Source: a virus
Taxonomy: Duplodnaviria > Caudoviricetes
DNA: 33,395 bases
Virus record (IMG/VR): IMGVR_UViG_3300036783_000094
Coordinates: 1-33,395 of that record
Direction: 5' to 3' (one strand)
The stretch's first letter is position 1, and each line of letters begins with the position of its first letter. Shown piece by piece: positions 16,004 to 26,343 of this stretch. Under the pieces are notes generated by a model. It ran no database searches. It was not told the DNA's origin and saw only the letters and a program-made list of their open reading frames with translations. Position numbers and translations under genes: made by a program.

Positions 16004-16569
16004 TTGACGTAACAGCCGAAGCCAGAGGGATGAGGGAAGCGATCCGCCGACTGGGTACGCTGGATGGCGACGTGCGCAAGTCCGTGTATTCGGCGCTCAA
16101 TCGGACTTCACAACGGCTGAAAACCGAGTCGGGACGCAAGGCGAAGGAAACGTACATTGTGAAATCCAAGGCGGTCACAGATCAGGTAGTGCTTAAACGG
16201 GGGAGCGTAAGTAACCTATCCAGTGAGCTTCGCTGGAAGGGTGGGAATATACCCTTGCTGCAGTTCCGTACAAACCCCAAGTCACCATCCGCCAAACGTC
16301 CGCGTGCGCTCAAGGCGGCGGTTAAGCGTGAAGGTGGTAACAAAAAAGTTGGTGGTGCGTTTCTTGCTCGAATGAGTAGCGGCCATATTGGTGTTTTCCG
16401 CCGCAGCTCACGTCGCCGCTTACCTGTTGAGGAATTATATGGTCCTGCAGTTCCAGTCATGCTCAATAATCCAGAAGTTACTGAGCACCTGGAACGGGTA
16501 GCAGTCGAGGAAATGGATAAACGGATTGAGCATGAGCTTAACCGCCGTTTAGGGGGAGGAGCGTCATGA
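16000..16569 (+). CDS. Minor tail/neck protein (lambda Z-like)
   Basis: Basic protein with ALNRT, AFLARMSSGHIGVF, LYGPAVP motifs. Confidence 0.82.
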   Translation: MIDVTAEARGMREAIRRLGTLDGDVRKSVYSALNRTSQRLKTESGRKAKETYIVKSKAVTDQVVLKRGSVSNLSSELRWKGGNIPLLQFRTNPKSPSAKRPRALKAAVKREGGNKKVGGAFLARMSSGHIGVFRRSSRRRLPVEELYGPAVPVMLNNPEVTEHLERVAVEEMDKRIEHELNRRLGGGAS

Positions 16570-17000
16570 CGCCAGTTATGTTGATGATGGCAATCAAAGA
16601 CTTTTTGAAAAAAGAGTTGGCTGACGATGCTGCTACCATTCCAGCGGTGCATCTTGGCGCGTTGCCAAGTAAGACGGCAGAAAATCGGAATGATCCGGTA
16701 TTCCCTCTTATCATTGTTCGCCCCATGGAGGGTGACAGCGACGATAAAGAAAGTCGAGCTCAAGTTAAATTGTTGTTTGGCACACAGTCCGAGGACGATT
16801 CTGGCTTTATTGATGTGCTGAACCTAATGGAGCGAGTCCGCATTTTGCTTATGAAGCAACGGATTATAGATAAAAAGTTCCGAATTGAATCGAATTGGAA
16901 GTGGCAGTTTTTAGAAGATCAACCAGAACCGCAATGGATCTGCCAAGCTATAACGACTTGGACACTTCCACAAATTAGACAGGAGGTTAAACATATATGA
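16566..17000 (+). CDS. Tail terminator/completion protein (putative)
   Basis: Position, size, FPLIIVR. Confidence 0.65.
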   Translation: MTPVMLMMAIKDFLKKELADDAATIPAVHLGALPSKTAENRNDPVFPLIIVRPMEGDSDDKESRAQVKLLFGTQSEDDSGFIDVLNLMERVRILLMKQRIIDKKFRIESNWKWQFLEDQPEPQWICQAITTWTLPQIRQEVKHI

Positions 17001-17401
17001 CACGAAAAAAAGAAGATCAAATCCAAGTTTTGAGTCAAGGTGTTCAACAAAATGCGGATGAATCCCCTTCTGATCCGACCCTGACAGTAAACCCGTTAGA
17101 GAAAGAGGTAGTAGATGTATTCACGGAACAAATAGAATCAGTGAAAGAAAAGGAAACAAACTCCCTTATCTATCTGGGGCCAAACCTACCGGGCGGACGT
17201 TTGCTTCAGTCCACAGTATTCCGTGAGGGTATTCCAGCCTATTTGGAGCCCTTGCTTATCGAAAGACCAGAAGTTAAAGATTTGATTATTCCGCTGAATG
17301 AAATGATCATCGCTCAGAAGCTGATCCTCCAAACTGGCACCGCGCAGTATGTGGCATATCAAGCCCTAATGAAAGGAGAAGTGAATAATAATGGCATTTA
17401 A
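16997..17401 (+). CDS. Hypothetical pre-sheath protein
   Basis: IYLGPNL motif; GGAGG RBS; overlaps neighbours. Confidence 0.7.
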   Translation: MTRKKEDQIQVLSQGVQQNADESPSDPTLTVNPLEKEVVDVFTEQIESVKEKETNSLIYLGPNLPGGRLLQSTVFREGIPAYLEPLLIERPEVKDLIIPLNEMIIAQKLILQTGTAQYVAYQALMKGEVNNNGI

Positions 17402-18839
17402 ACATGGTGTAAGCATTATTGAACAAGCAACATCTGTACTCGCTCCAACACAGGCGAGCAGTGGGATTCCGTTTGCAGTAGGCATAGCACCAGTAAACAT
17501 GGCATCGGCAGCAGTGCCGGTGAATACTCCCGTGTTGGTCCATACGTACGCGGAAGCAGTAGCTGCGCTTGGTTACTCAGACAATTGGAAGGATTACACG
17601 TTATGCGAACTTATTTACTCGCATTTTGCGTTGTATGCCATGGCTCCGATGATTTTGGTTAATGTGCTTGACCCATCCACGCATAAGACAAAGGTGGATC
17701 CGACAGCATTGACTGTTACAAACCGAGTGGCTACGTTAGCTGTCAGCGGTGTAATTCTTCCGACACTGACTGTCAAGTCTTCAGATGGCGCTACAACCTA
17801 TGTCAGTGGCACAGATTATACAGCAGCTTTTAACGATGAAGGTCATGTAGTTATTACAACTAAGGCCAGCGGCGCTATTGGGGCAGCAATTGCATCACTT
17901 CAAGTGGGATATGACAAACTCAACCCTGCAGCTGTTGACGAAGACGAAGTTATTGGTGGGGTAACGCTGGAAGGTGCGTATACCGGCTTTGAATTAGTGA
18001 ATCAGGTTTACCCGCGTTTTGGCATTCTCCCTGATTTGCTGGTGGCTCCGGGTTGGTCACATAAACCAAAGGTGGCAGCTGTTATGAAAGCCAAGGCTGG
18101 TAACATCAATGGTAACTTTAAAGCTATGGCCTTGACTGACATCGACCCAACAAAGTCGTACACTGACGCAGGAGCCTGGAAGTCGGACAACAATTACACT
18201 GGTTCATTACAGATTCCAACCTATCCTCTACTTACACTGGGAGATAAGGTGTTTCACTATTCTACTCAACTTGCCGGACTAATTGCGGCGACGGATGCGG
18301 CAAATGGTGGTATTCCGTTTGCCTCTCCCTCTAATAAATCACTTCAAGCGGATGGAACAGCACTAGCTAGTGGAAAAGACATATTTCTGGGGATTGATCA
18401 AGCTAGTTATCTTAACGGTCAAGGCATTATGACTGCCTTGAATCTTGGAGTAAGCGGCTGGAAGTCTTGGGGTAACTATACCGGAGCGTTTCCAGGCGTG
18501 ACGGATCCGAAGGATAGTTTCATCCCGATTCGCCGCATGTTTAATTGGGTTGGAAATAGCTTGATTCTGACTTATATGCAGAAGGTCGATGATCCTATGA
18601 ATAAGCGTTTGATCACTGCTGTTACGGATTCCGTTAACATTTGGTTGAACGGACTTGCGGCATCTGGTGCGCTACTAGGTGGACGCGTTGAGTTTCTTGA
18701 ATCTGAAAATCCGGTAACGAGCTTGATGTCCGGCAAAATTGCCTTTCACGTCTACCTTACGCCTCCAGGTCCAGCACAGGAAATTTCGTTCTTGCTTGAA
18801 TACGACACAACTTATTTGGCTGCGCTTTTCGCGGCTTAG
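17391..18839 (+). CDS. Contractile tail sheath protein
   Basis: FKHGV start, LVAPGWS, SPSNK, SWGN, IPIRRMFNW. Confidence 0.95.
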   Translation: MAFKHGVSIIEQATSVLAPTQASSGIPFAVGIAPVNMASAAVPVNTPVLVHTYAEAVAALGYSDNWKDYTLCELIYSHFALYAMAPMILVNVLDPSTHKTKVDPTALTVTNRVATLAVSGVILPTLTVKSSDGATTYVSGTDYTAAFNDEGHVVITTKASGAIGAAIASLQVGYDKLNPAAVDEDEVIGGVTLEGAYTGFELVNQVYPRFGILPDLLVAPGWSHKPKVAAVMKAKAGNINGNFKAMALTDIDPTKSYTDAGAWKSDNNYTGSLQIPTYPLLTLGDKVFHYSTQLAGLIAATDAANGGIPFASPSNKSLQADGTALASGKDIFLGIDQASYLNGQGIMTALNLGVSGWKSWGNYTGAFPGVTDPKDSFIPIRRMFNWVGNSLILTYMQKVDDPMNKRLITAVTDSVNIWLNGLAASGALLGGRVEFLESENPVTSLMSGKIAFHVYLTPPGPAQEISFLLEYDTTYLAALFAA

Positions 18840-18854
18840 AAAGGGGATAAACAC

Positions 18855-19373
18855 ATGCCAAAAAGATCAGAACGGGTTATTGATTATTCCGTGCATTTAA
18901 ATGGTTCAGAGTATTTGGGAACAGCAACGGCTGATCTCCCTGAGATTGCATTTTTGTCTGATACGACCAAAGGAGCCGGAATTTCGGGGGAGATGGATGC
19001 TCCATCACCAGGACAAACAAGTGCAATGACACTAACATTGAACTGGAGCAACGTTGGAAAGGCAGGCTTGCAGTTGCTAGCTCCAAAGGTGCATGCGCTT
19101 GATTTGCGGGGGAGCATCCAAGAGTTCGATACAGCTACTAATGAATATTTTGAATCTGCCTTGAAGATTACAGTTCGGGGACGTCCTCTTAGTGGTGGGT
19201 TGGGCAGCTTAGAGACGATGACGGCTATGGGTTCGACAACTGCTTTTTCAGTTCACTATCTCAAGGTTTCAATTGATGGTGAGGAGATTTTAGAGATTGA
19301 TAAACTTGCTTACATTTACAAGGTTCTTGGTGTGGATTATCTAGCCAAAACACGGGCCAATCTTGCGTTGTAA
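18855..19373 (+). CDS. Major tail tube protein (P2 FII-like)
   Basis: GAGISGE, EIDKL, GVDYL motifs following sheath. Confidence 0.92.
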   Translation: MPKRSERVIDYSVHLNGSEYLGTATADLPEIAFLSDTTKGAGISGEMDAPSPGQTSAMTLTLNWSNVGKAGLQLLAPKVHALDLRGSIQEFDTATNEYFESALKITVRGRPLSGGLGSLETMTAMGSTTAFSVHYLKVSIDGEEILEIDKLAYIYKVLGVDYLAKTRANLAL

Positions 19374-19416
19374 AACATAAACCCCAAACGCTTGGGAACT
19401 TGAGGAGGAACATGGA

Positions 19417-19725
19417 ATGTCTGAGGAAACACAGGGGGCGTCAGAGGTTTACACTTTTGCGAAGCCTTTTACATTTGAAGGGCAAGAGATAAAGGAAGTC
19501 ACACTCAATTTTGAGAATTTATCAGGAAACGACATCATCGCTTGTGATCGGCAGTATCGCGCAGAACAGAGAGGCGGAATATCCCTTGCTCCTGAAATGG
19601 ATAAAGCATACCAGGCATATGTAGTTTCCAAAGCAGCAGGGGTGCACGTTGAATTGATTCGCACAGCCAAGGCAAAAGATTTTACTGCGTTGACATTGAG
19701 GGCTAGAAATTTTTTGCTGCTGTAG
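19417..19725 (+). CDS. Tail assembly chaperone (gpE-like)
   Basis: Position before tape measure; KPFTFEG; ends in slippery T-TTT-TTG. Confidence 0.88.
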   Translation: MSEETQGASEVYTFAKPFTFEGQEIKEVTLNFENLSGNDIIACDRQYRAEQRGGISLAPEMDKAYQAYVVSKAAGVHVELIRTAKAKDFTALTLRARNFLLL

Positions 19726-19880
19726 GCTGTGGAGACAGTGAGGGAATTAAAGACCTCGCTGTCTCTTTAGCCATGATTACCTATACACCAGTCTCTTACT
19801 ATTTGAGCTTGCCGCTTGATGAACTCAGGGACTCGGTGGAGCGGGTAAATAGATTACGGAAACGGAAGGGGAGTAAATAG
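19710..19880 (+). CDS. -1 frameshift extension of the tail chaperone (E+E'-like)
   Basis: TTTTTTG at 19710-19716; -1 frame open to TAG 19878-19880 encoding ...TYTPVSYYLSLPLDEL... Confidence 0.8.
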   Translation, partial: FFAAVGCGDSEGIKDLAVSLAMITYTPVSYYLSLPLDELRDSVERVNRLRKRKGSK

Positions 19881-19883
19881 ACC

Positions 19884-22832
19884 GTGGCAGGAAGAAGCAG
19901 GGAATATGATATCGCCTTTCGGTTAAACGGACTCATGGATCCTTCATTCCGTCAATCCATAGGCAATGCTGAGCGTCATATCGAGGAACTGGAACGCGCA
20001 TTAAGGGAGATGTCTCGGCGAGGAGATTTGGACGATGTGCGGCGTGATGCAGATCGAGCAGATGATTCACTACGAGATTTGAGGGACAGTGCTGGTGGCT
20101 TTGGTGATACGCTTCGACAAGTGGGTGAGTACACCGGAGCCTTCGCATTAATTCAAGGTGCTGCTGGCGGTATGCAAAATATCGTAGGAATCATAGCTGA
20201 TCAATCGGATGCAATGGCTCAGCTACAAGCAGCAACTGGCGTAACAGCCGAGGAAATGCTTGCGATGAAGGATAGTGCTGAATCGCTTTATAATGATCGT
20301 CTTGGTGAGGATTTCAACGATCTAGGTGCTGCACTGGCGACAGTTCGGCAGGTATCACAGGCTACGGGCGCAGAGTTAGAAAGTATGACTAAAAACGCCA
20401 TTGTGTTTAGAGATGTGTTTGGCGAGGATATTACCCAAAGTATCAAGGCATCAGATACAATGATGAAAAACTTCGGTGTAACCTCAGAGCAAGCTTACAA
20501 CCTCTTGGCTCAAGGAGCGCAGAATGGACTTAATAAGTCGGATGAACTGATTGATACTGCTAATGAATACAGCGTGTACTTTAAAACCTTGGGTTACGAT
20601 GCTGAGGAGATGTTTGATCAATTCGCAGCTGGACTTGACGCAGGCGCTTTTAATCTAGATAAAGTTGGGGATGCAGTCAAAGAATTTGGTATCCGGGTTA
20701 AGGATGGTAGTGAAAGTACTCAAACGGCTATGGCCATGTTATTTGCTCCGGATGATATCGAAGAATTTACTCAAAAGCTAACAAAGGGATCTACGAAATC
20801 AGCCGAGTACATGGAATTGCTGAAGCATGTATCTAAAGACACCGCTGCTGAATTAGTCAAGAACTTAAAAGCAGGCGGCACTAAATCAGCAAAGGCTTAT
20901 GAAGCATTGCAAGGAATCATGGGTCAAGGTATTGATATTTTAGATGGAATTGCTGATGGATCAGTCAAAGGTAAAGACGCCATGCAACAAGTTATTGATA
21001 AGCTTGGTGAGATTGAAGACCCAATTCAAAAGAGCACGATCGGTGTTGCATTGTTCGGTACTCAGTTTGAGGATATGGAAGCTGGTGTTATAGCTGCATT
21101 AGGCACTGCCCGTGAACAGTTTGATATGACTAAAGCGACGATGGAGGAAGTAGCCAAGGTCAAATATGATACCTTGAGCAAGGACTTTCAAGCGGTAGGA
21201 CGTCAGTTAATGACCGAGCTCGTAATACCAATTGGTGAGGATTTAATGCCAGCACTTCAAGGATTTGCTGACTGGATGGGCGATAATACTGATCTATTAA
21301 AGGCTATAGCGTTAGTAGCCCCAGCTGCGTTGATAGGAAAGTCAGTATCCAAGATCATCAAAGGTTTTGGTTCGATTACGTCAGCAGCTGGAGGAGCTGG
21401 AGGGGCTGCAGGAGGCTTCACAAAAGCGTTGGCGTTATTAACTAATCCTGTTGGACTTGCTGTTACTGGTGTAGCCGCCCTTACTTTGGGAGTTATGGCT
21501 TATAAGAAGCATCAGGAAGATGCGAGACAAGAACTGATTCACATGGGAGATGAGTTAAAAGAGTCATCCAAGCAGTATGAGGAAGCTTCTAGCAAAGCAA
21601 AACTTACTAATAACTTATTGTGGGAGTATGACCAACTTAGTAAAAAAATTGCGGATAGTGCCTCTAGCTCCGAAGATTTAGCAGGTAGTTCCGCAGAGTT
21701 GACGGCACAACAGGAGCGGCTGAAAGAAATTACCCAGCAGTTACAAGATATGTTCCCTGAGACTATAAGCCAACACGATATAGAGATTGGGAAACTTCGT
21801 GAAAAGGCCGGTCTTGCGAAGGAAATGGCAAGTGCTGATGAAAAAATAGCAAAATTACAACTCGAAAAAAATGTTACAGAAGGCAAGCAAAAGTTACCTG
21901 AAACTGTAGCAGAAATTCAGAGGCTTCAGGAACAAACGGAGGCTACTCAAGCTCAAAAAGATGCGTTGGATGCTGCTATTCCCGCCTTAAAAGAATATGC
22001 AGCTGAATTTGAGAATCTTAAAAACGCTGATCCTTCTGATGAATTAAGCACCCGACTTACTGAACTTGTCCAAAAAGTCAATGAAGTAGGCTCTACTGTA
22101 GGATATAACTTTGCAGGGGCCTTTCAACTCGACGGATTGGATAAAGCAATTGAAGATTTGACTAACAGACAAATTGATTCAATAGACACTCAAATTACAA
22201 AGCTTGGTGATCTTGACGCAGCCCAGCAAACTTACCAGGAACTTTATGAGCAACAATTAAAACTCATTGAGTTAAATCTTGGCGGTACTCTAGAAGTGCA
22301 ATCCAAGAAGTTCATTGATCTATCCGACGAAGAAAAGAAACGTTTCGGAGCGGCTTTGGCCGATGTACAGGAGCTAAATGAACAAATGCTGCTGTTACCT
22401 ACAGAAAAACAAATCAATATTGAGTTGCTTTATTCTCAAACCGGTCTTTATACACCAAAGGCACCTAATACTGTAACAGATATAACGAACTCACTATTGC
22501 CGAAACAATTTCGAATGGATCAATATGCAGACGGTGGCATAGCAACAAAGCCCTCTATCTTTGGTGAAGCTGGTCCAGAGATTGCAATCCCAATTAACAA
22601 TAAGCCTCGATCTCGATCCTTACTCGACATGGCTAATGACATGATGGGTTATACCAAAACCGAGAACCGTGAAGGGGATATTATAATCCACAACGCACCT
22701 GTTATTACGCTTCCAGGGGCAGATCCTTCGGTTATGAAATTGGTGAAAGAGGCTTTAAAGCAGTCAGAGGACAATTTAGAGCGCAAGCTTAAGGAAATCA
22801 TTGAACAACAAAGGCGGGTGAGTTTTCAATGA
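19884..22832 (+). CDS. Tail tape measure protein
   Basis: 982-aa helical protein; GAFNLDKVGDAVKEF, LFGTQFED, YADGG...GEAGPE. Confidence 0.95.
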   Translation: MAGRSREYDIAFRLNGLMDPSFRQSIGNAERHIEELERALREMSRRGDLDDVRRDADRADDSLRDLRDSAGGFGDTLRQVGEYTGAFALIQGAAGGMQNIVGIIADQSDAMAQLQAATGVTAEEMLAMKDSAESLYNDRLGEDFNDLGAALATVRQVSQATGAELESMTKNAIVFRDVFGEDITQSIKASDTMMKNFGVTSEQAYNLLAQGAQNGLNKSDELIDTANEYSVYFKTLGYDAEEMFDQFAAGLDAGAFNLDKVGDAVKEFGIRVKDGSESTQTAMAMLFAPDDIEEFTQKLTKGSTKSAEYMELLKHVSKDTAAELVKNLKAGGTKSAKAYEALQGIMGQGIDILDGIADGSVKGKDAMQQVIDKLGEIEDPIQKSTIGVALFGTQFEDMEAGVIAALGTAREQFDMTKATMEEVAKVKYDTLSKDFQAVGRQLMTELVIPIGEDLMPALQGFADWMGDNTDLLKAIALVAPAALIGKSVSKIIKGFGSITSAAGGAGGAAGGFTKALALLTNPVGLAVTGVAALTLGVMAYKKHQEDARQELIHMGDELKESSKQYEEASSKAKLTNNLLWEYDQLSKKIADSASSSEDLAGSSAELTAQQERLKEITQQLQDMFPETISQHDIEIGKLREKAGLAKEMASADEKIAKLQLEKNVTEGKQKLPETVAEIQRLQEQTEATQAQKDALDAAIPALKEYAAEFENLKNADPSDELSTRLTELVQKVNEVGSTVGYNFAGAFQLDGLDKAIEDLTNRQIDSIDTQITKLGDLDAAQQTYQELYEQQLKLIELNLGGTLEVQSKKFIDLSDEEKKRFGAALADVQELNEQMLLLPTEKQINIELLYSQTGLYTPKAPNTVTDITNSLLPKQFRMDQYADGGIATKPSIFGEAGPEIAIPINNKPRSRSLLDMANDMMGYTKTENREGDIIIHNAPVITLPGADPSVMKLVKEALKQSEDNLERKLKEIIEQQRRVSFQ

Positions 22833-23038
22833 CCACCACATATAGAACCCTTCAAGGCGATACCTGGGATGGTATCGCCTTTAAGTTGTACAAGAGTGAG
22901 CAGCTAATGACATTGCTTATTAATGCAAACCCAGACCATGCAGGAACCGTTGTGTTTTCAGGAAATGTAATTCTAGTTGTACCGGATAAGCCGCTGGACG
23001 CCTCTGAGACGCTTCCGCCGTGGCGCAGGGAGGAATAA
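22829..23038 (+). CDS. Tail protein X (LysM-like)
   Basis: YRTLQGDTWDGIA...ANP...LPPW. Confidence 0.92.
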   Translation: MTTTYRTLQGDTWDGIAFKLYKSEQLMTLLINANPDHAGTVVFSGNVILVVPDKPLDASETLPPWRREE

Positions 23039-23039
23039 T

Positions 23040-24071
23040 ATGGAGCTGATGCAAGACGCCCGCAGGGCGGTTCTAGTGTTATCATACAACGGCAAAGACG
23101 TTACAAAGGATATCGCCGAAGCATTAACTGATTTTCAGTTTAACGATGCGGCTCCAGGCACGCTTGATAATCTCTCTATCACACTGGAAGACAGGGAACG
23201 GAACTGGCAAGGTCCTTGGTCACCGACAGAAGGGGATCGTATCAAAGGGGAAATTCGTACAATCAACTGGGATGGCCCGGGCGAGATTAAAAAGCTTCCC
23301 CTTGGCTCATTTGAAGTTGATTCTTTTGATTTTAAGGGACCACCAGATACAGTAGCTATTAAAGCTATATCATTGCCTGTCAGTTCGGATATTCGGCAGG
23401 AAAAACGCTCGAAGTCTTGGGAGAAGGTGACACTAAAAACGGTTGCCAGTGAGATTTCTAAACGAGCTGGAATGAAGCTACTTTATGAGGCATTGGACAA
23501 TCCTTCCTATGATCGCCTTGAACAGTCTCAACTTTCTGATCTTGCTTTTCTACTAGAAACAGCAACCAAGGAAGGTGTCGCGATTAAAGTATCAAACGGA
23601 GCACTTGTGCTATTCGATGAGTCCGATTATGAGAAAAAACCAGTTATTGCAACGATTACACGTGGAGAAGATAACGTAAAAGGTTATGGATTCTCATGGG
23701 GAACAGCTTATACAGCCTATCGAGCATGTGAAGTGTCTTATACAAACAATAAAACGAAAAAGACCGTAAAGGTAACCTATACACCGCCCGGAGCTCCAAA
23801 AAGCGGACCTATACTAAAGATTAACGAACAGGCAGATTCTCAGGCATCGGCTCTCAAGTTAGGCCGCAAAAGACTGCGTGAGAAAAACAAGGAGGCAGGA
23901 AGAGGGACGTTAAGCCTCATGGGAGATATTCGAATGGCAGCAGGTCTGACAATCAATATTAAGGGTTGGGGGCGATTTGATGGTAAATATATTATCGTCT
24001 CTGCCAATCACGCTATAGGTGGCAGCGGGTTCGCGACTGACTTAGACATTAGAAGGGTATTGGGGTGGTAG
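23040..24071 (+). CDS. Baseplate hub / late control D-like protein
   Basis: QSQLSDLAFL, GWGRFDGKY; ATG 23040 after GGAGG. Confidence 0.9.
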   Translation: MELMQDARRAVLVLSYNGKDVTKDIAEALTDFQFNDAAPGTLDNLSITLEDRERNWQGPWSPTEGDRIKGEIRTINWDGPGEIKKLPLGSFEVDSFDFKGPPDTVAIKAISLPVSSDIRQEKRSKSWEKVTLKTVASEISKRAGMKLLYEALDNPSYDRLEQSQLSDLAFLLETATKEGVAIKVSNGALVLFDESDYEKKPVIATITRGEDNVKGYGFSWGTAYTAYRACEVSYTNNKTKKTVKVTYTPPGAPKSGPILKINEQADSQASALKLGRKRLREKNKEAGRGTLSLMGDIRMAAGLTINIKGWGRFDGKYIIVSANHAIGGSGFATDLDIRRVLGW

Positions 24072-24072
24072 T

Positions 24073-24459
24073 ATGATTGTAATTGGTCAAGTTTCAACGT
24101 CAAATAAAGTAACAGGTAGTGTGCGGGTCGCCTTTCCAGATCGTGATGACTTGGTATCTGGTGAGCTACCTGTTATTACGCAGGGAGGCTGGGGGCAAGA
24201 GAACGCCGTGCCACAGCCTGGAGAAACTGTGCTATGTGTCTTTTTGGATAACAGTCGTAGCGCTGGTTATTGTCTAGGTACTTATTACGGTTCAGAGGAT
24301 AAGATGCCCGGGACAGCTGATCAGCGTGGTATATGGTTCGAGGATGGTAGCTATGTCTATTATGATCGCGCTACTAAGACTATTAACCTCAAAGCGGCCA
24401 GCGGCGTACAGATTGATGGTAATCTAAACGTAACTGGCAAGATAACGAGCGGAGGGTAA
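24073..24459 (+). CDS. Baseplate spike (gpV-like)
   Basis: VRVAFPD, PQPGETVLC, FEDGS. Confidence 0.88.
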   Translation: MIVIGQVSTSNKVTGSVRVAFPDRDDLVSGELPVITQGGWGQENAVPQPGETVLCVFLDNSRSAGYCLGTYYGSEDKMPGTADQRGIWFEDGSYVYYDRATKTINLKAASGVQIDGNLNVTGKITSGG

Positions 24460-24462
24460 GAG

Positions 24463-24882
24463 ATGGGAAACCAAAATTATGTTATGTCTAAGATTGGTAG
24501 CCTTGGACCAGTGACTTTCGTCGTTTCAGAAGGAGCTACGCGAACGATTGACGAGTTCACTCGTAATACTGCTGGACGTTGGGCACAGCATGATATCATC
24601 GGTAAAAAGCCTAAAAAAGAGTGGCTAGGACCGGGAATTGACTCGGTGTCGTTTTCGGTGCAGTTAGATGCGCGGCTCGGACTGAATCCCCGAAAAGAGC
24701 TGGACCGACTTACTGAGTTGGAGAGGGCAGGCAAGGCGCTACCGTTGATTATTGGACGTAAGGGTGTAGGAACTGGGCTCTGGATAATTACAGACATGTC
24801 TCAAGCTTGGGAAACCATGGACAACATTGGGAATGTTCTCACATCAAAAGTGAACATTACACTGGAGGAGTATGTTAAATGA
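24463..24882 (+). CDS. Tail protein GpU-like
   Basis: RWAQHDIIGKKP..EWLGP, terminal LEEY. Confidence 0.88.
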   Translation: MGNQNYVMSKIGSLGPVTFVVSEGATRTIDEFTRNTAGRWAQHDIIGKKPKKEWLGPGIDSVSFSVQLDARLGLNPRKELDRLTELERAGKALPLIIGRKGVGTGLWIITDMSQAWETMDNIGNVLTSKVNITLEEYVK

Positions 24883-25211
24883 TCTATACCGTTGATATGA
24901 CTCAGCCATCGACAATCAATTTTGCACCAATGAGTAAAGCCGAGGAAGTAGCTCAGAACATCCGAACAATCTTAACTACTCCTCTTGGCAGTTCGCCACT
25001 TGCCCGTGACATCGGGATTGATTACTCCATCATTGACGAGCCTGGACCAATTGCTGAAGCTAGAACTGTTGCAGAGGTAACGACAGCTATAGCCACACAA
25101 GAGCCGCGAGCACAAGTAGTACAAGTATCCTTTAATGGAGCGTTGCCTGATGTTCTGACAGGACACTTAAAGCCTGTGATTAAGTTTTCACTGGCAGAAG
25201 GAGTGGACTAA
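24879..25211 (+). CDS. Baseplate wedge protein (gpW/gp25-like)
   Basis: QNIRTILTTPLGS.P..RDIG, EPR. Confidence 0.88.
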   Translation: MIYTVDMTQPSTINFAPMSKAEEVAQNIRTILTTPLGSSPLARDIGIDYSIIDEPGPIAEARTVAEVTTAIATQEPRAQVVQVSFNGALPDVLTGHLKPVIKFSLAEGVD

Positions 25212-25212
25212 C

Positions 25213-26343
25213 TTGGTACAATATGTAGATTTACCGGAAATCCTTTTTACTCTGGAAGATGCAACAAAGATTGAGCAGAACATCATAACCGTATATGAGG
25301 GATTAACTTCCCGCACACTGCAGCCCGCCGATCCGGTGAGGCTGTTTTTATCGTCTTTGGCTACGATTATCGTCCAGCAACGGGTGTTGATAAACCAGAC
25401 AGCTAAAAGTAATTCGTTGCGGTATGCAACCGGTATTGTATTGGATTACAAAGGCGCGGATTTTGGTTTGATCAGGTTGGATTCTGCTCCATCAATTACT
25501 AACTTGCGCTTTTCACTGTCTATTCCCTTGGCATCTGCTACATCTATACCAGTGGGTACGAAGGTAGGGGCGCAAGGCGGTGATGGCTCCATTTATTTCA
25601 CTACTACGGAGTATTTAGAAATTCCACCTGGAGTGACATCTGGCGTGGTAACAGCGGAATGTTCAGTGCATGGGATATCAGGAAACGGATTTATGCCGGG
25701 ACAGATCAATGTATTGATGGATCCCTTACCGTTTGTTCAATCGGTTACTAACACCACCGAGAGCAGCGGCGGAGCAGCAACAGAAACAGACGAGGCATTT
25801 CGTGAACGCATCCGAGCAGCACCGGAATCCTATAGCACTGCTGGACCGCAAGGATCTTATGAGTTTTGGGCAAAATCTGCATCTGCGGCCATGCTGGACG
25901 TACATGCTTATTCTCCGTCTGAGGGCAAGGTTACAATTGTTCCTTTGCTTGCCGATGGTGTAATCCCAGGAGAAGATATGCTTGAAGTTGTGGCAGAGAC
26001 GCTAGAAGATCGCGGTATCAGACCTTTGACTGATCAAGTAACAGTCACAGCACCGATATCTGCACCTTATAACACTATACTGACTTACTATATCAGTCGT
26101 AATCGTGCGTCAGAAGCTACTGCTATACAGTCAGAAGTTGCATCAGCGGTGGCTGCTTACCAACTCTGGCAAAGATCCAAGCTTGGGCGACATATTAACC
26201 CGTCTGAGTTGATCGCCCGCGTCATGGCTGCAGGAGCGCTAAGGTTAAATGTCACAGCACCAGTTTATACACCGCTAACAGCTACTCAAGTTGCACAGCA
26301 AGGTATAACGACATTGACCTATGGAGGGCTCGTTGATGATTGA
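25213..26343 (+). CDS. Baseplate J/gp47 protein
   Basis: GGAATETDEAFRERI, STAGP, RPLTD. Confidence 0.93.
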   Translation: MVQYVDLPEILFTLEDATKIEQNIITVYEGLTSRTLQPADPVRLFLSSLATIIVQQRVLINQTAKSNSLRYATGIVLDYKGADFGLIRLDSAPSITNLRFSLSIPLASATSIPVGTKVGAQGGDGSIYFTTTEYLEIPPGVTSGVVTAECSVHGISGNGFMPGQINVLMDPLPFVQSVTNTTESSGGAATETDEAFRERIRAAPESYSTAGPQGSYEFWAKSASAAMLDVHAYSPSEGKVTIVPLLADGVIPGEDMLEVVAETLEDRGIRPLTDQVTVTAPISAPYNTILTYYISRNRASEATAIQSEVASAVAAYQLWQRSKLGRHINPSELIARVMAAGALRLNVTAPVYTPLTATQVAQQGITTLTYGGLVDD

